Below, piece after piece: positions 1 to 9,991 of a stretch of 46,701 nucleotides of DNA. The stretch is taken from the IMG/VR virus record IMGVR_UViG_3300045988_115807; one strand, 5' to 3'. A program made the position numbers and the translations under genes. Under the pieces are notes generated by a model. It was not told where the DNA came from. It made no database searches and worked only from the letters and a program-made list of their open reading frames with translations. The stretch's first letter is position 1; each line of letters opens with the position of its first letter. The stretch is from a virus (Duplodnaviria > Heunggongvirae > Uroviricota > Caudoviricetes).

Positions 1-206
1 GACGCGAAGAACAGGCGCGCGTTCTGGCAGAAACCCCCGGAATGACCGTGGAAACGGCCCGCCGCATTCTGGCCGCAGCACCACAGAGTGCACAGGCGCG
101 CAGTGACACTGCGCTGGATCGTCTGATGCAGGGTGCACCGGCACCACTGGCTGCAGGTAACCCGGCATCTGATGCCGTTAACGATTTGCTGAACACACCA
201 GTGTAA
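1..206 (+). CDS. C: C-terminal fragment of capsid assembly protease C / scaffold Nu3 (5' end lies at the window's far end)
   Basis: Frame 3 translates to ...ARRILAAAPQSAQARSDTALDRLMQGAPAPLAAGNPASDAVNDLLNTPV*, matching the lambda C/Nu3 C-terminus from memory; stop TAA at 204-206. Confidence 0.85.
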   Translation, partial: REEQARVLAETPGMTVETARRILAAAPQSAQARSDTALDRLMQGAPAPLAAGNPASDAVNDLLNTPV

Positions 207-215
207 GGGATGTTT

Positions 216-548
216 ATGACGAGCAAAGAAACCTTTACCCATTACCAGCCGCTGGGCAACAGTGACCCGGCTCATACCGCAACCGCGCCCGGTGGATTGA
301 GTGCGAAAGCGCCTGCAATGACCCCGCTGATGCTGGACACCGCCACCCGTAAGCTGGTTGCGTGGGATGGCACCACCGACGGTGCTGCTGTTGGCATTCT
401 GGCGGTTGCTGCTGACCAGACCAGCACCGCGCTGACGTTCTACAAGTCCGGCACGTTCCGTTATGAGGATGTGCTCTGGCCGGAGGCTGCCAGCGACGAG
501 ACGAAAAAACGGACCGCGTTTGCCGGAACGGCAATCAGCATCGTTTAA
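216..548 (+). CDS. D: head decoration protein D
   Basis: [27 protein letters not shown]... is near-identical to lambda gpD; the ORF track starts 2 codons upstream at 210. Confidence 0.95.
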   Translation: MTSKETFTHYQPLGNSDPAHTATAPGGLSAKAPAMTPLMLDTATRKLVAWDGTTDGAAVGILAVAADQTSTALTFYKSGTFRYEDVLWPEAASDETKKRTAFAGTAISIV

Positions 549-565
549 CCTTACCCTTCATCACT

Positions 566-590
566 AAAGGCCGCCTGTGCGGCTTTTTTT
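566..590 (+). terminator. hairpin plus T-run between D and E
   Basis: GGCCGCCTGTGCGGC stem-loop followed by TTTTTTT. Confidence 0.45.
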
Positions 591-603
591 ACGGGATTTT
601 TTT

Positions 604-1629
604 ATGTCGATGTACACAACCGCCCAGCTGCTGGCGGCAAATGAGCAGAAATTTAAGTTTGATCCGCTGTTTCTGCGTCTCTTTTTCCGTGAGAGCTATC
701 CCTTCACCACGGAGAAAGTCTATCTCTCACAAATTCCGGGACTGGTAAACATGGCGCTGTACGTTTCGCCGATTGTTTCCGGTGAGGTTATCCGCTCCCG
801 TGGCGGCTCCACCTCTGAATTTACGCCGGGATATGTCAAACCCAAGCATGAAGTGAATCCGCAGATGACCCTGCGTCGCCTGCCGGATGAAGATCCGCAG
901 AATCTGGCGGACCCGGCTTACCGTCGCCGTCGCATCATCATGCAGAACATGCGTGACGAAGAGCTGGCCATTGCCCAGGTGGAAGAGATGCAGGCAGTTT
1001 CTGCCGTGCTTAAGGGCAAATACACCATGACCGGTGAAGCCTTCGATCCGGTTGAGGTGGATATGGGCCGCAGTGCGGCCAACAACATCACGCAGTCCGG
1101 CGGCACGGAGTGGAGCAAGCGTGACAAGTCCACGTATGACCCGACCGACGATATCGAAGCCTACGCGCTGAACGCCAGCGGTGTGGTGAATATCATCGTG
1201 TTTGATCCGAAAGGCTGGGCGCTGTTCCGCTCCTTCAAGGCCGTCAAGGAGAAGCTGGATACCCGTCGCGGCTCTCATTCCGAGCTGGAGACAGCGGTAA
1301 AAGACCTGGGCAAAGCGGTGTCTTATAAGGGAATGTATGGCGATGTGGCCATCGTCGTGTATTCCGGACAGTACGTGGAAAACGGCGTCAAAAAGAACTT
1401 CCTGCCGGACAACACGATGGTGCTGGGGAACACTCAGGCACGCGGTCTGCGCACCTATGGCTGCATTCAGGATGCGGACGCACAGCGCGAAGGCATTAAC
1501 GCCTCTGCCCGTTACCCGAAAAACTGGGTGACCACCGGCGATCCGGCGCGTGAGTTCACCATGATTCAGTCAGCACCGCTGATGCTGCTGGCTGACCCTG
1601 ATGAATTCGTGTCTGTACAACTGGCGTAA
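604..1629 (+). CDS. E: major capsid protein E
   Basis: MSMYTTAQLLAANEQKFKFDPLFLRLFF... matches lambda gpE (341 aa); start chosen at the MSMY ATG rather than ORF-track 577. Confidence 0.95.
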   Translation: MSMYTTAQLLAANEQKFKFDPLFLRLFFRESYPFTTEKVYLSQIPGLVNMALYVSPIVSGEVIRSRGGSTSEFTPGYVKPKHEVNPQMTLRRLPDEDPQNLADPAYRRRRIIMQNMRDEELAIAQVEEMQAVSAVLKGKYTMTGEAFDPVEVDMGRSAANNITQSGGTEWSKRDKSTYDPTDDIEAYALNASGVVNIIVFDPKGWALFRSFKAVKEKLDTRRGSHSELETAVKDLGKAVSYKGMYGDVAIVVYSGQYVENGVKKNFLPDNTMVLGNTQARGLRTYGCIQDADAQREGINASARYPKNWVTTGDPAREFTMIQSAPLMLLADPDEFVSVQLA

Positions 1630-1669
1630 TCGTGGCCCTTCGGGGCCATTTCTCTCTGTGGAGGAGTCC

Positions 1670-2068
1670 ATGACGAAAGATGAACTGATTGCCCGTCTCC
1701 GGTCGTTGGGTGAGCAACTGAACCGTGATGTCAGCCTGACGGGGACGAAAGAAGAACTGGCGCTTCGTGTGGCAGAGCTGGAAGAGGAGCTTGATGACAC
1801 GGATGAAACTGCCGGTCAGGACACCCCTCTCAGCCCGGAAAATGTGCTGACCGGGCATGAAAATGAGGTGGTATCAGCGCAGCCGGATACCGTGATTCAG
1901 GATGCGTCTGATCTGGTCACGGTCGTGGCACTGGTGACGCTGCACACCGATGCACTTCACGCCATCCGGGATGAACCTGTGGCATTTGTGCTGCCGGGAA
2001 CGGCGTTTCGTGTCTCTGCCGGTGTGGCAGCCGAAATGACAGCGCGTAGCCTGGCCAGAATGCAATAA
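1670..2068 (+). CDS. FI: DNA packaging protein FI
   Basis: MTKDELIARLRSLGEQLNRDVSLTGTKEELALRVAELEEELDD... matches lambda FI; internal ATG of ORF 1601-2068. Confidence 0.9.
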   Translation: MTKDELIARLRSLGEQLNRDVSLTGTKEELALRVAELEEELDDTDETAGQDTPLSPENVLTGHENEVVSAQPDTVIQDASDLVTVVALVTLHTDALHAIRDEPVAFVLPGTAFRVSAGVAAEMTARSLARMQ

Positions 2069-2079
2069 CGGGAGGCGCT

Positions 2080-2433
2080 GTGGCTGATTTCGATAACCTG
2101 TTCGATGCTGCCATTGCCCGCGCCGATGAAACGATACGCGGGTACATGGGAACGTCAGCCACCATTACATCCGGTGAGCAGTCCGGTGCTGTGATACGTG
2201 GTGTTTTTGATGACCCTGAAAATATCAGCTATGCCGGACAGGGCGTGCGCGTTGAAGGCTCCAGCCCGTCCCTGTTTGTCCGGACTGATGATGTGCGGCA
2301 GCTGCGGCGTGGAGACACGCTGACCATCGGTGAGGAAAATTTCTGGGTAGACCGGGTTTCGCCGGATGATGGCGGAAGCTGTCATCTCTGGCTTGGACGG
2401 GGCGTACCGCCTGCCGTTAACCGTCGCCGCTGA
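2080..2433 (+). CDS. FII: head-tail joining protein FII
   Basis: MADFDNLFDAAIARADETIRGYMGTSATITSGEQSG... matches lambda FII (117 aa). Confidence 0.9.
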   Translation: MADFDNLFDAAIARADETIRGYMGTSATITSGEQSGAVIRGVFDDPENISYAGQGVRVEGSSPSLFVRTDDVRQLRRGDTLTIGEENFWVDRVSPDDGGSCHLWLGRGVPPAVNRRR

Positions 2434-2444
2434 AAGGGGGATGT

Positions 2445-3023
2445 ATGGCCATAAAAGGTCTTGAGCAGGCCGTTGAAAACCTCAGCCGTATCAGCAAAAC
2501 GGCGGTGCCTGGTGCCGCCGCAATGGCCATTAACCGCGTTGCTTCATCCGCGATATCGCAGTCTGCGTCACAGGTTGCCCGTGAGACAAAGGTACGCCGG
2601 AAACTGGTAAAGGAAAGGGCCAGGCTGAAAAGGGCCACGGTTAAAAATCCGCAGGCCAGAATCAAGGTTAACCGGGGGGATTTGCCCGTAATAAAGCTGG
2701 GTAACGCGCGGGTTGTCCTGTCCCGCCGCAGGCGTCGTAAAAAGGGGCAGCGTTCATCCCTGAAAGGTGGCGGCAGCGTGCTTGTGGTGGGAAACCGTCG
2801 TATTCCCGGCGCGTTTATTCAGCAACTGAAAAATGGCCGGTGGCATGTCATGCAGCGTGTGGCCGGGAAAAACCGTTACCCCATTGATGTGGTGAAAATC
2901 CCGATGGCGGTGCCGCTGACCACGGCGTTTAAACAGAATATTGAGCGGATACGGCGTGAGCGTCTTCCGAAAGAGCTGGGCTATGCGCTGCAGCATCAAC
3001 TGAGAATGGTAATAAAGCGATGA
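2445..3023 (+). CDS. Z: tail completion protein Z
   Basis: MAIKGLEQAVENLSRISKTAVPGAAAMAINRVASS... matches lambda Z (192 aa). Confidence 0.9.
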   Translation: MAIKGLEQAVENLSRISKTAVPGAAAMAINRVASSAISQSASQVARETKVRRKLVKERARLKRATVKNPQARIKVNRGDLPVIKLGNARVVLSRRRRRKKGQRSSLKGGGSVLVVGNRRIPGAFIQQLKNGRWHVMQRVAGKNRYPIDVVKIPMAVPLTTAFKQNIERIRRERLPKELGYALQHQLRMVIKR

Positions 3024-3415
3024 AACATACTGAACTCCGTGCAGCCGTACTGGATGCACTGGAGAAGCATGACACCGGGGCGACGCTTTTTGATGGTCGC
3101 CCCGCTGTTTTTGATGAGGAAGATTTTCCGGCAATTGCCGTTTATCTCACCGGCGCTGAATACACGGGCGAAGAGCTGGACAGCGATACCTGGCAGGCGG
3201 AGCTGCATATTGAAGTTTTCCTGCCTGCTCAGGTGCCGGATTCAGAGCTGGATGCGTGGATGGAGTCCCGGATTTATCCGGTGATGAGCGATATCCCGGC
3301 ACTGTCAGATTTGATCACCAGTATGGTGGCCAGTGGCTATGACTACCGGCGCGACGATGATGCGGGCCTGTGGAGTTCAGCCGATCTGACGTATGTCATT
3401 ACCTATGAAATGTGA
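3020..3415 (+). CDS. U: tail terminator protein U
   Basis: [33 protein letters not shown]... matches lambda U (131 aa); ATGA overlap with Z. Confidence 0.9.
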   Translation: MKHTELRAAVLDALEKHDTGATLFDGRPAVFDEEDFPAIAVYLTGAEYTGEELDSDTWQAELHIEVFLPAQVPDSELDAWMESRIYPVMSDIPALSDLITSMVASGYDYRRDDDAGLWSSADLTYVITYEM

Positions 3416-3422
3416 GGACGAT

Positions 3423-4163
3423 ATGCCTGTACCAAATCCTACAATGCCGGTGAAAGGTGCCGGGACCACACTGTGGGTTTATAAGGGGAACGGTGACCCT
3501 TATGCGAACCCGCTTTCAGACGTTGACTGGTCGCGTCTGGCAAAAGTTAAAGACCTGACGCCCGGCGAACTGACCGCTGAGTCCTATGACGACAGCTATC
3601 TCGATGATGAAGATGCGGACTGGACTGCGACCGGGCAGGGGCAGAAATCAGCCGGAGATACCAGCTTCACGCTGGCGTGGATGCCCGGAGAGCAGGGGCA
3701 GCAGGCGCTGCTGGCGTGGTTTAATGAAGGTGATACCCGTGCCTATAAAATCCGCTTCCCGAACGGCACGGTCGATGTGTTCCGTGGCTGGGTCAGCAGT
3801 ATCGGTAAAGCGGTGACGGCGAAGGAAGTGATCACCCGCACGGTGAAGGTCACCAATGTGGGACGCCCGTCGATGGCTGAAGATCGCAGTACGGTGACGG
3901 CAGCAACCGGCATGACGGTAACGCCAGCCAGTGCTTCCGTAGTGAAAGGGCAGAGCACCACGCTGACCGTGGCATTCCAGCCGGAAGGTGTAACCGACAA
4001 GAGCTTCCGTGCGGTGTCTGCGGATAAAACAAAAGCCACCGTGTCGGTCAGTGGTATGACCATCACCGTGAACGGCGTTGCTGCAGGCAAGGTCAACATT
4101 CCGGTTGTATCCGGTAATGGTGAGTTTGCTGCGGTTGCAGAAATTACCGTCACCGCCAGTTAA
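3423..4163 (+). CDS. V: major tail tube protein V
   Basis: [22 protein letters not shown]... matches lambda V (246 aa); internal start of ORF 3393-4163. Confidence 0.95.
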   Translation: MPVPNPTMPVKGAGTTLWVYKGNGDPYANPLSDVDWSRLAKVKDLTPGELTAESYDDSYLDDEDADWTATGQGQKSAGDTSFTLAWMPGEQGQQALLAWFNEGDTRAYKIRFPNGTVDVFRGWVSSIGKAVTAKEVITRTVKVTNVGRPSMAEDRSTVTAATGMTVTPASASVVKGQSTTLTVAFQPEGVTDKSFRAVSADKTKATVSVSGMTITVNGVAAGKVNIPVVSGNGEFAAVAEITVTAS

Positions 4164-4178
4164 TCCGGAGAGTCAGCG

Positions 4179-4601
4179 ATGTTCCTGAAAACAGAATCAT
4201 TTGAACATAACGGCGTGACCGTCACGCTTTCTGAACTGTCAGCCCTGCAGCGTATTGAGCATCTTGCCTGGTTGAAAGAGCAGGAAAAAAAGGCTGAATC
4301 CAGTGGCAACCTGCAGGTGTCTGTAGAGGATCTTATCAGAAGCGGGGCGTTTCTGGTGGCGATGTCTCTGTGGCATAACCATCCGCAGAAGACAAAGCTG
4401 CCGTCCATGAATGAAGCCATTACGCAGATTGAGCAGGAAGTGCTTACCACCTGGCCCACGGAGGCAATTGCTCAGGCTGAAAACGTGGTGTTACGTCTGT
4501 CCGGAATGTCTGAGTTTGTGGTGAATAATGCCCCTGAACAGGCAGATGACGCCGGGCCTGCAGAGCCTGTTTCTGCGGGAAAGTGTTCGACGGTGAGCTG
4601 A
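4179..4601 (+). CDS. G: tail assembly chaperone G
   Basis: MFLKTESFEHNGVTVTLSELSALQRIEHLA... matches lambda G (140 aa). Confidence 0.9.
   Translation: MFLKTESFEHNGVTVTLSELSALQRIEHLAWLKEQEKKAESSGNLQVSVEDLIRSGAFLVAMSLWHNHPQKTKLPSMNEAITQIEQEVLTTWPTEAIAQAENVVLRLSGMSEFVVNNAPEQADDAGPAEPVSAGKCSTVS
4577..4583 (+). other. -1 programmed ribosomal frameshift slippery heptamer G GGA AAG (G to G-T fusion)
   Basis: GGGAAAG sits in the zero frame of G at codons Gly-Lys, exactly where the T frame (ORF 4583-5017) opens; same arrangement as lambda G/GT. Confidence 0.8.
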
Positions 4602-5017
4602 GTTTTGCCCTGAAACTGGCGCGTGAGATGGGGCGACCCGACTGGCGCGCCATGCTTGCCGGGATGTCATCCACGGAGTATGCCGACTGGCACCGTTTTT
4701 ACAGTACCCATTATTTTCATGATGTTCTGCTGGATATGCACTTTTCCGGGCTGACGTACACCGTGCTCAGCCTGTTTTTCAGCGATCCGGATATGCATCC
4801 GCTGGATTTCAGTCTGCTTAACCGGCGCGAGGCTGACGAAGAGCCTGAAGATGATGTGCTGATACAGAAAGCGGCAGGGCTTGCCGGAGGCGTCCGCTTT
4901 GGCCCGGACGGGAATGAAGTTATCCCCGTTTCCCCGGATGTGGCGGACATGACGGAGGATGACGTAATGCTGATGACAGTATCAGAAGGGATCGCAGGAG
5001 GAGTCCGGTATGGCTGA
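4583..5017 (+). CDS. T: tail assembly protein T portion (expressed as G-T fusion by -1 frameshift)
   Basis: ORF in the -1 frame overlapping the 3' end of G; 144 aa as in lambda T. Confidence 0.85.
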   Translation: MFDGELSFALKLAREMGRPDWRAMLAGMSSTEYADWHRFYSTHYFHDVLLDMHFSGLTYTVLSLFFSDPDMHPLDFSLLNRREADEEPEDDVLIQKAAGLAGGVRFGPDGNEVIPVSPDVADMTEDDVMLMTVSEGIAGGVRYG

Positions 5018-7589
5018 ACCGGTAGGCGATCTGGTCGTTGATTTAAGTCTGGATGCGGCCAGATTTGACGAGCAGATGGCCAGAGTCAGGCGTCATTTTT
5101 CCGGTACGGAAAGTGATGCGAAAAAAACAGCGGCAGTCGTTGAACAGTCGCTGAGCCGACAGGCGCTGGCTGCACAGAAAGCGGGGATTTCCGTCGGGCA
5201 GTATAAAGCCGCCATGCGTATGCTGCCTGCGCAGTTCACCGACGTGGCCACACAGCTTGCAGGGGGGCAGAATCCGTGGCTGATCCTGCTGCAACAGGGT
5301 GGTCAGGTGAAGGACTCCTTCGGCGGGATGATCCCCATGTTCAGGGGGCTTGCCGGTGCGATCACCCTGCCGATGGTGGGTATCACTTCGCTGGCGGTGG
5401 CGACCGGTGCGCTGGCGTATGCCTGGTATCAGGGTGACTCAACCCTGTCTAATTTCAACAAAACGCTGGTCCTTTCCGGTAATCAGGCGGGACTGACGGC
5501 AGATCGTATGCTGGTCCTGTCCAGAGCAGGGCAGGCGGCAGGGCTGACGTTTAACCAGACCAGCGAGTCACTGACGGCGCTGGTGAATGCCGGTGTGCGT
5601 GGTGGTGAGCAGTTTGAGGCAATCAGCCAGAGTGTGGCGCGTTTCTCCTCTGCATCCGGCGTGGAGGTGGACAAGGTCGCTGAAGCCTTCGGGAAGCTGA
5701 CCACTGACCCGACGTCGGGGTTGACGGCGATGGCGCGCCAGTTCCATAACGTGACGGCGGAACAGATTGCGTATGTTGCTCAGTTGCAGCGTTCCGGCGA
5801 TGGGGCCGGGGCATTGCAGGCGGCGAACGAGGCCGCAACGAAAGGGTTTGATGACCAGACCCGTAAACTGAAAGATAACATGGGTACGCTGGAGACCTGG
5901 GCAGACAAGACTGCACAGGCATTCAAATCCATGTGGGATGCGGTGCTGGATATTGGCCGCCCGGACTCCTCTGCAGATATGCTCGCCAAAGCTGAAAAGG
6001 CTTTTGATGAAGCGGATAAAAAATGGCAGTGGTATCAGAGCCGAAGCCACCGGCGCGGTAAAACTTCAGCATTTCTTGCCAATCTCCGGGGGGCATGGGA
6101 GAAGAGAGAGAATGCGCGACTTGGGCTTTCAGCCGCCACGTTGCAGGCAGATCTTGAAAAGGCCAGTGAGATGGCAGCAAAAGATCGGGCCGAGTCTGAG
6201 GCATCACGGCTGAAATATACCGAAGAGGCGCAGAAGGCTTACGAACGGCTGCAGACGCCGCTGGAGAAATATACCGCCCGTCAGGAAGAACTGAACAAGG
6301 CACTGAAAGACGGGAAAATCCTGCAGGCGGATTACAACACGCTGATGGCGGCGGCGAAAAAGGATTATGAAGCGACGCTGAAAAAGCCGAAACAGTCCGG
6401 CGTGAAGGTGTCTGCGGGCGATCGTCAGGAAGACAGTGCTCATGCTGCCCTGCTGACGCTTCAGGCAGAACTCCGGACGCTGGAGAAGCATGCCGGAGCG
6501 AATGAGAAAATCAGCCAGCAGCGCCGGGATTTGTGGAAGGCGGAGAGTCAGTTCGCGGTACTGGAGGAGGCGGCGCAACGTCGCCAGCTGTCTGCACAGG
6601 AGAAATCCCTGCTGGCGCATAAAGATGAGACGCTGGAGTACAAACGCCAGCTGGCTGCACTTGGCGACAAGGTTACGTATCAGGAGCGCCTGAACGCGCT
6701 GGCGCAGCAGGCGGATAAATTCGCACAGCAGCAACGGGCAAAACGGGCCGCCATTGATGCGAAAAGCCGGGGGCTGACTGACCGGCAGGCAGAACGGGAA
6801 GCCACGGAACAGCGCCTGAAGGAACAGTATGGCGATAATCCGCTGGCGCTGAATAACGTCATGTCAGAGCAGAAAAAGACCTGGGCGGCTGAAGACCAGC
6901 TTCGCGGGAGCTGGATGGCAGGCCTGAAATCCGGCTGGAGTGAGTGGAAAGAGAGCGCCACGGACAGCATGTCGCAGGTAAAAAGTGCAGCCACGCAGAC
7001 CTTTGATGGTATTGCACAGAATATGGCGGCGATGCTGACCGGCAGTGAGCAGAACTGGCGCAGCTTCACCCGCTCCGTGCTGTCCATGATGACAGAAATT
7101 CTGCTTAAGCAGGCAATGGTGGGGATTGTCGGGAGTATCGGCAGCGCCATTGGCGGGGCTGTTGGTGGCGGCGCATCCGCGTCAGGCGGTACAGCCATTC
7201 AGGCCGCTGCGGCGAAATTCCATTTTGCAACCGGAGGATTTACGGGAACCGGCGGCAAATATGAGCCAGCGGGGATTGTTCACCGTGGTGAATTTGTCTT
7301 CACGAAGGAGGCAACCAGCCGGATTGGCGTGGGAAATCTCTACCGGCTGATGCGCGGCTATGCGGAAGGTGGTTATGTGGGCGGTGCCGGAAGTCCGGCG
7401 CAGATGCGGCGGGCGGAAGGCATTAATTTTAATCAGAACAATCACGTGGTGATTCAGAACGACGGTACGAACGGGCAGATAGGTCCGGCTGCTCTGAAGG
7501 CGGTGTATGACATGGCCCGCAAGGGTGCCCGTGATGAAATTCAGACACAGATGCGTGATGGTGGCCTGTTCTCCGGAGGTGGACGATGA
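5010..7589 (+). CDS. H: tail tape measure protein H
   Basis: 859-aa ORF; N-terminus MAEPVGDLVVDLSLDAARFDEQMARVRRHF matches lambda gpH; position between T and M. Confidence 0.95.
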   Translation: MAEPVGDLVVDLSLDAARFDEQMARVRRHFSGTESDAKKTAAVVEQSLSRQALAAQKAGISVGQYKAAMRMLPAQFTDVATQLAGGQNPWLILLQQGGQVKDSFGGMIPMFRGLAGAITLPMVGITSLAVATGALAYAWYQGDSTLSNFNKTLVLSGNQAGLTADRMLVLSRAGQAAGLTFNQTSESLTALVNAGVRGGEQFEAISQSVARFSSASGVEVDKVAEAFGKLTTDPTSGLTAMARQFHNVTAEQIAYVAQLQRSGDGAGALQAANEAATKGFDDQTRKLKDNMGTLETWADKTAQAFKSMWDAVLDIGRPDSSADMLAKAEKAFDEADKKWQWYQSRSHRRGKTSAFLANLRGAWEKRENARLGLSAATLQADLEKASEMAAKDRAESEASRLKYTEEAQKAYERLQTPLEKYTARQEELNKALKDGKILQADYNTLMAAAKKDYEATLKKPKQSGVKVSAGDRQEDSAHAALLTLQAELRTLEKHAGANEKISQQRRDLWKAESQFAVLEEAAQRRQLSAQEKSLLAHKDETLEYKRQLAALGDKVTYQERLNALAQQADKFAQQQRAKRAAIDAKSRGLTDRQAEREATEQRLKEQYGDNPLALNNVMSEQKKTWAAEDQLRGSWMAGLKSGWSEWKESATDSMSQVKSAATQTFDGIAQNMAAMLTGSEQNWRSFTRSVLSMMTEILLKQAMVGIVGSIGSAIGGAVGGGASASGGTAIQAAAAKFHFATGGFTGTGGKYEPAGIVHRGEFVFTKEATSRIGVGNLYRLMRGYAEGGYVGGAGSPAQMRRAEGINFNQNNHVVIQNDGTNGQIGPAALKAVYDMARKGARDEIQTQMRDGGLFSGGGR

Positions 7590-7915
7590 AAACCTTCCGC
7601 TGGAAAGTGAAACCCGGTATGGATGTGGCTTCGGCCCCTTCTGTAAGAAAGGTGCGCTTTGGTGATGGCTATTCCCAGCGAGCGCCTGCCGGGCTGAATG
7701 CCAACCTGAAAACGTACAGCGTGACGCTTTCTGTCCCCCGTTGGGAGGCCACGGTACTGGAGTCGTTTCTGGAAGAGCACGGGGGCTGGAAAGCCTTTCT
7801 GTGGACGCCGCCTTATGAGTGGCGGCAGATAAAGGTGACCTGCGCAAAATGGTCGTCGCGGGTCAGTATGCTGCGTGTTGAGTTCAGCGCAGAGTTTGAA
7901 CAGGTGGTGAACTGA
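7586..7915 (+). CDS. M: tail tip protein M
   Basis: MKTFRWKVKPGMDVASAPSVRKVRFGDGYSQRAPAGLNANLKTYSVTLSVP... matches lambda M (109 aa). Confidence 0.9.
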   Translation: MKTFRWKVKPGMDVASAPSVRKVRFGDGYSQRAPAGLNANLKTYSVTLSVPRWEATVLESFLEEHGGWKAFLWTPPYEWRQIKVTCAKWSSRVSMLRVEFSAEFEQVVN

Positions 7916-8613
7916 TGCAGGATATCCGGCAGGAAACACTGAATGAATGCACCCGCGCGGAGCAGTCGGCCAGCGTGGTGCTCTGGGAAATCGACCTGAC
8001 AGAGGTCGGTGGAGAACGTTATTTTTTCTGTAATGAGCAGAACGAAAAAGGTGAGCCGGTCACCTGGCAGGGGCGACAGTATCAGCCGTATCCCATTCAG
8101 GGGAGTGGTTTTGAACTGAATGGCAAAGGCACCAGTACGCGCCCCACGCTGACGGTTTCTAACCTGTACGGTGTGGTCACCGGGATGGCGGAAGATCTGC
8201 AGAGTCTGGTCGGCGGAACGGTGGTCCGGCGTAAGGTTTACGCCCGTTTTCTGGATGCGGTGAACTTCGTCAACGGAAACAGCGAAGCCGATCCGGAGCA
8301 GGAGGTGATCAGCCGCTGGCGCATCGAGCAGTGCAGCGAACTGAACGCGGTTAGCGCGGCCTTTGTGCTGTCTACTCCGACGGAAACGGATGGTGCTGTT
8401 TTTCCGGGACGTATCATGCTGGCCAACACCTGCACCTGGACCTATCGCGGTGATGAGTGCGGTTATCACGGTCCGGCGGTCGCGGATGAATATGACCAGC
8501 CGACGTCCGATATCACGAAGGATAAATGCAGCAAATGTCTGAGCGGCTGTAAGTTCCGCAATAACGTCGGCAACTTTGGCGGTTTCCTTTCCATTAACAA
8601 ACTTTCGCAGTAA
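7915..8613 (+). CDS. L: tail tip protein L
   Basis: 232 aa as lambda L; MQDIRQETLNECTRAEQSASVVLWEIDLTEVGGERYFFCNE... Confidence 0.9.
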   Translation: MQDIRQETLNECTRAEQSASVVLWEIDLTEVGGERYFFCNEQNEKGEPVTWQGRQYQPYPIQGSGFELNGKGTSTRPTLTVSNLYGVVTGMAEDLQSLVGGTVVRRKVYARFLDAVNFVNGNSEADPEQEVISRWRIEQCSELNAVSAAFVLSTPTETDGAVFPGRIMLANTCTWTYRGDECGYHGPAVADEYDQPTSDITKDKCSKCLSGCKFRNNVGNFGGFLSINKLSQ

Positions 8614-8618
8614 ATCCC

Positions 8619-9362
8619 ATGACAGAGACAGAATCAGCGATTCTGGCGCACGCCCGGCGATGTGCGCCAGCGGAGTCGTGCGGCTTCGTGGTGAGAACGC
8701 CGGAGGGGGAAAGATATTTTCCCTGCGTGAATATTTCCGGTGAGCCGGAGGATTATTTCCGGATGGCTCCGGAGGACTGGCTGCAGGCAGAAATGCAGGG
8801 TGAGATTGTGGCGCTGGTCCACAGTCATCCCGGTGGTCTGCCCTGGCTGAGTGAGGCTGACCGGCGGCTGCAGGTGCAGAGTGATTTGCCGTGGTGGCTG
8901 GTCTGCCGGGGGGCGATTCACAAGTTCCGCTGTGTGCCGCATCTTACCGGGCGGCGCTTTGAGCACGGGGTGACGGACTGTTACACGCTGTTCCGGGATG
9001 CTTACCATCTGGCGGGGATTGAGATGCCGGATTTTCATCGCGGGGATGACTGGTGGCGTCACGGTCAGAATCTCTATCTTGACAATATGGAGGCGACTGG
9101 TTTTTACCGTGTCGCACTGACAGAGGCGCAGCCTGGCGACGTGCTGCTGTGCTGCTTTGGTTCATCGGTGCCGAATCATGCCGCCATTTACTGTGGTGAC
9201 GGCGAGCTGCTGCACCATATTCCTGAACAACTGAGCAAACGAGAGAGGTATACCGACAAATGGCAGCGACGCACACACTCCCTCTGGCGTCACCGGGCAT
9301 GGCACGCATCTGCCTTTACGGGGATTTGCAACGATTTGGCCGCCGCATCGATCTTCGTGTGA
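8619..9362 (+). CDS. K: tail tip assembly protein K (JAB/MPN plus NlpC/P60-like)
   Basis: MTETESAILAHARRCAPAESCGFVV...HSHPGG... lambda K-like; full ORF taken (an internal start near 8763 is possible); 3' end overlaps I by 103 nt. Confidence 0.85.
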   Translation: MTETESAILAHARRCAPAESCGFVVRTPEGERYFPCVNISGEPEDYFRMAPEDWLQAEMQGEIVALVHSHPGGLPWLSEADRRLQVQSDLPWWLVCRGAIHKFRCVPHLTGRRFEHGVTDCYTLFRDAYHLAGIEMPDFHRGDDWWRHGQNLYLDNMEATGFYRVALTEAQPGDVLLCCFGSSVPNHAAIYCGDGELLHHIPEQLSKRERYTDKWQRRTHSLWRHRAWHASAFTGICNDLAAASIFV

Positions 9363-9931
9363 AAACGGGGGCTGAAGCTATCCGGGCGCTGGCCACACAG
9401 CTCCCGGCGTTTCGTCAGAAACTGAGCGACGGCTGGTATCAGGTACGGATTGCCGGGCGGGATGTCAGCACGTCCGGATTAACGGCGCAGTTACATGAGA
9501 CTCTGCCTGATGGCGCTGTGATTCATATTGTTCCCAGAGTCGCCGGGGCCAAGTCAGGTGGTGTATTCCAGATTGTCCTGGGAGCTGCCGCCATTGCCGG
9601 ATCATTCTTTACTGCCGGAGCCACCCTTGCAGCATGGGGGGCAGCCATTGGGGCCGGTGGTATGACCGGCATCCTGTTTTCTCTCGGTGCCAGTATGGTG
9701 CTCGGTGGTGTGGCGCAGATGCTGGCACCGAAAGCCAGAACTCCCCGTACACAGACAACGGATAACGGCAAACAGAACACCTATTTTTCCTCACTGGATA
9801 ACATGGTTGCTCAGGGCAATGTTCTGCCTGTTCTGTACGGTGAAATGCGTGTGGGGTCGCGGGTGGTTTCTCAGGAGATCAGCACGGCAGACGAAGGGGA
9901 CGGTGGTCAGGTTGTGGTGATTGGTCGCTGA
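9260..9931 (+). CDS. I: tail tip assembly protein I
   Basis: 223 aa; MAATHTLPLASPGMARICLYGDLQRFGRRIDLRVKTGAEAIRALATQLPAFRQ... lambda I-like. Confidence 0.9.
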   Translation: MAATHTLPLASPGMARICLYGDLQRFGRRIDLRVKTGAEAIRALATQLPAFRQKLSDGWYQVRIAGRDVSTSGLTAQLHETLPDGAVIHIVPRVAGAKSGGVFQIVLGAAAIAGSFFTAGATLAAWGAAIGAGGMTGILFSLGASMVLGGVAQMLAPKARTPRTQTTDNGKQNTYFSSLDNMVAQGNVLPVLYGEMRVGSRVVSQEISTADEGDGGQVVVIGR

Positions 9932-9991
9932 TGCAAAATGTTTTATGTGAAACCGCCTCCGGGCGGTTTTGTCGTTTATGGAGCATGACGA

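Noticed and set aside
5043-7939. Multiple minus-strand and alternative-frame ORFs (73-221 aa) inside the tape-measure gene H and antisense to M/L
   Set aside because: They lie entirely within a confidently identified lambda-type gene, lack RBS support and have Arg/Pro/Ser-rich compositions typical of shadow frames in GC-rich coding DNA.
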